Assembly: GCA_963785305.1 (NCBI GenBank)
Contig: CAWAUV010000007.1
Span: 160,001-224,000, forward strand
Length of the DNA stretch: 64,000 nucleotides
Direction: 5' to 3'
DNA from: an uncultured Planctomycetaceae bacterium
GTDB lineage: Bacteria > Planctomycetota > Planctomycetia > Pirellulales > PALSA-1355
Part shown: one piece after another, positions 63,355 through 64,000 of the stretch
Numbering within the stretch: position 1 is the first letter of the stretch
Layout of the letters: each line of letters starts with the position of its first letter
Translations under genes and position numbers: made by a program
Notes under the pieces: model-generated
What the model saw: the letters and a program-made list of their open reading frames with translations, nothing else
Database searches by the model: none
Told to the model about the DNA's origin: nothing

Positions 63355-63726
63355 ATGTCCAAGCGAGTGCTCAGCATCGGCCAATGCGCGATGGACCACG
63401 GCTCGATCGCGGCGCTCGTCGCGCGCGAATTTCGGGCTGAAATCGTCGCCGCCGATTCGCTCGCCGAAGCGCGCAACGCGCTGGCCGACGGCCCGTTTGA
63501 GCTGGTGCTCGTCAATCGGCGGCTCGACGCCGATGGCGACGATGGCCTCGAAGTGATTCGAGCGCTCAAGGAGTCGCCCGGCGGCGATCGCTCACCCATG
63601 ATGCTCGTCAGCAATTTTCCCGAATTTCAAACAAAGGCCGTGGCCCTGGGCGCTGAAATGGGATTCGGAAAAAACGCGCTCGGCTCGCCCGCCACGCGCG
63701 AACGACTCGCGAAATTCTTGAGCTAG
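63355..63726 (+). CDS. Single-domain response-regulator-like protein
   Basis: RVLSIG, LVLVNR, GLEVIRAL, PMMLVS and GA..GFGK; atypical phosphoacceptor site. Confidence 0.7.
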   Translation: MSKRVLSIGQCAMDHGSIAALVAREFRAEIVAADSLAEARNALADGPFELVLVNRRLDADGDDGLEVIRALKESPGGDRSPMMLVSNFPEFQTKAVALGAEMGFGKNALGSPATRERLAKFLS

Positions 63727-64000
63727 GCCTTAAACAAGCGTACGCGGTTGCGTTTTGCGCCGGTTTCGCGCGGCTGGCGGTGCGCGCGGCGTGAGCGGGC
63801 GGCGCCGGCGGGCGCGCTACTCTCGGCGGCGGGTTTTTGTTTGGCATTGGCGGTTGGCTTTCCTGGTTCGGCGTGGCGGCGGACCGGAGCGTCCGGACTC
63901 CGGCTTCAATTGATCGGCGTCAACATCGCAGGCCGTCCAGCCAGCGAAACAACACGACTTGCCAGCGATTCCAACCCAACAAACGATAGATCAATCTTCG
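63727..64000 (-). mobile_element. IS1380-family element, copy 2 (partial)
   Basis: Near-identical to 265-538; preceded by CTAG at 63723-63726. Confidence 0.92.

Overview
GC-rich bacterial chromosome segment, probably from a planctomycete (inferred from the DUF1580-like excisionase, the flhA-dnaA-dnaN-dciA-gyrB order and a PA14/cytochrome c protein). Positions 1 to about 41.7 kb are the right part of a lambda-like (siphovirus-type) prophage integrated at the 3' end of tRNA-Asp. It carries a tyrosine integrase, a primase-polymerase with an iteron-rich origin candidate, a cosQ-like site, ParB/PAPS-reductase/GNAT and amidoligase/glutamine-amidotransferase cargo, a GpA terminase, and head and tail genes. 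An 8 kb cargo block between terL and the portal holds a cassette of thymidylate-synthase-like, UDG-like and aGPT-Pplase3-like genes, a HigBA/IrrE pair, and an IS1-type element with passenger genes including a HEPN/MtlR-like protein. An IS66 splits the tape measure gene and an IS1380 sits in the leader of the next tail gene. Three late genes share a bipartite, covarying RNA-hairpin leader that sequesters the ribosome-binding region. The remainder is host sequence: a MITE, fliA/flhG/flhF/flhA, dnaA-oriC-dnaN-dciA-gyrB, a VapBC pair with a stop-interrupted toxin, an FAD monooxygenase, a cytochrome c protein, an M3 peptidase, a response regulator and a second IS1380 copy. Many single-base frameshifts, including in essential genes, suggest assembly indel errors. 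All family assignments come from motif recognition by eye, not database searches.
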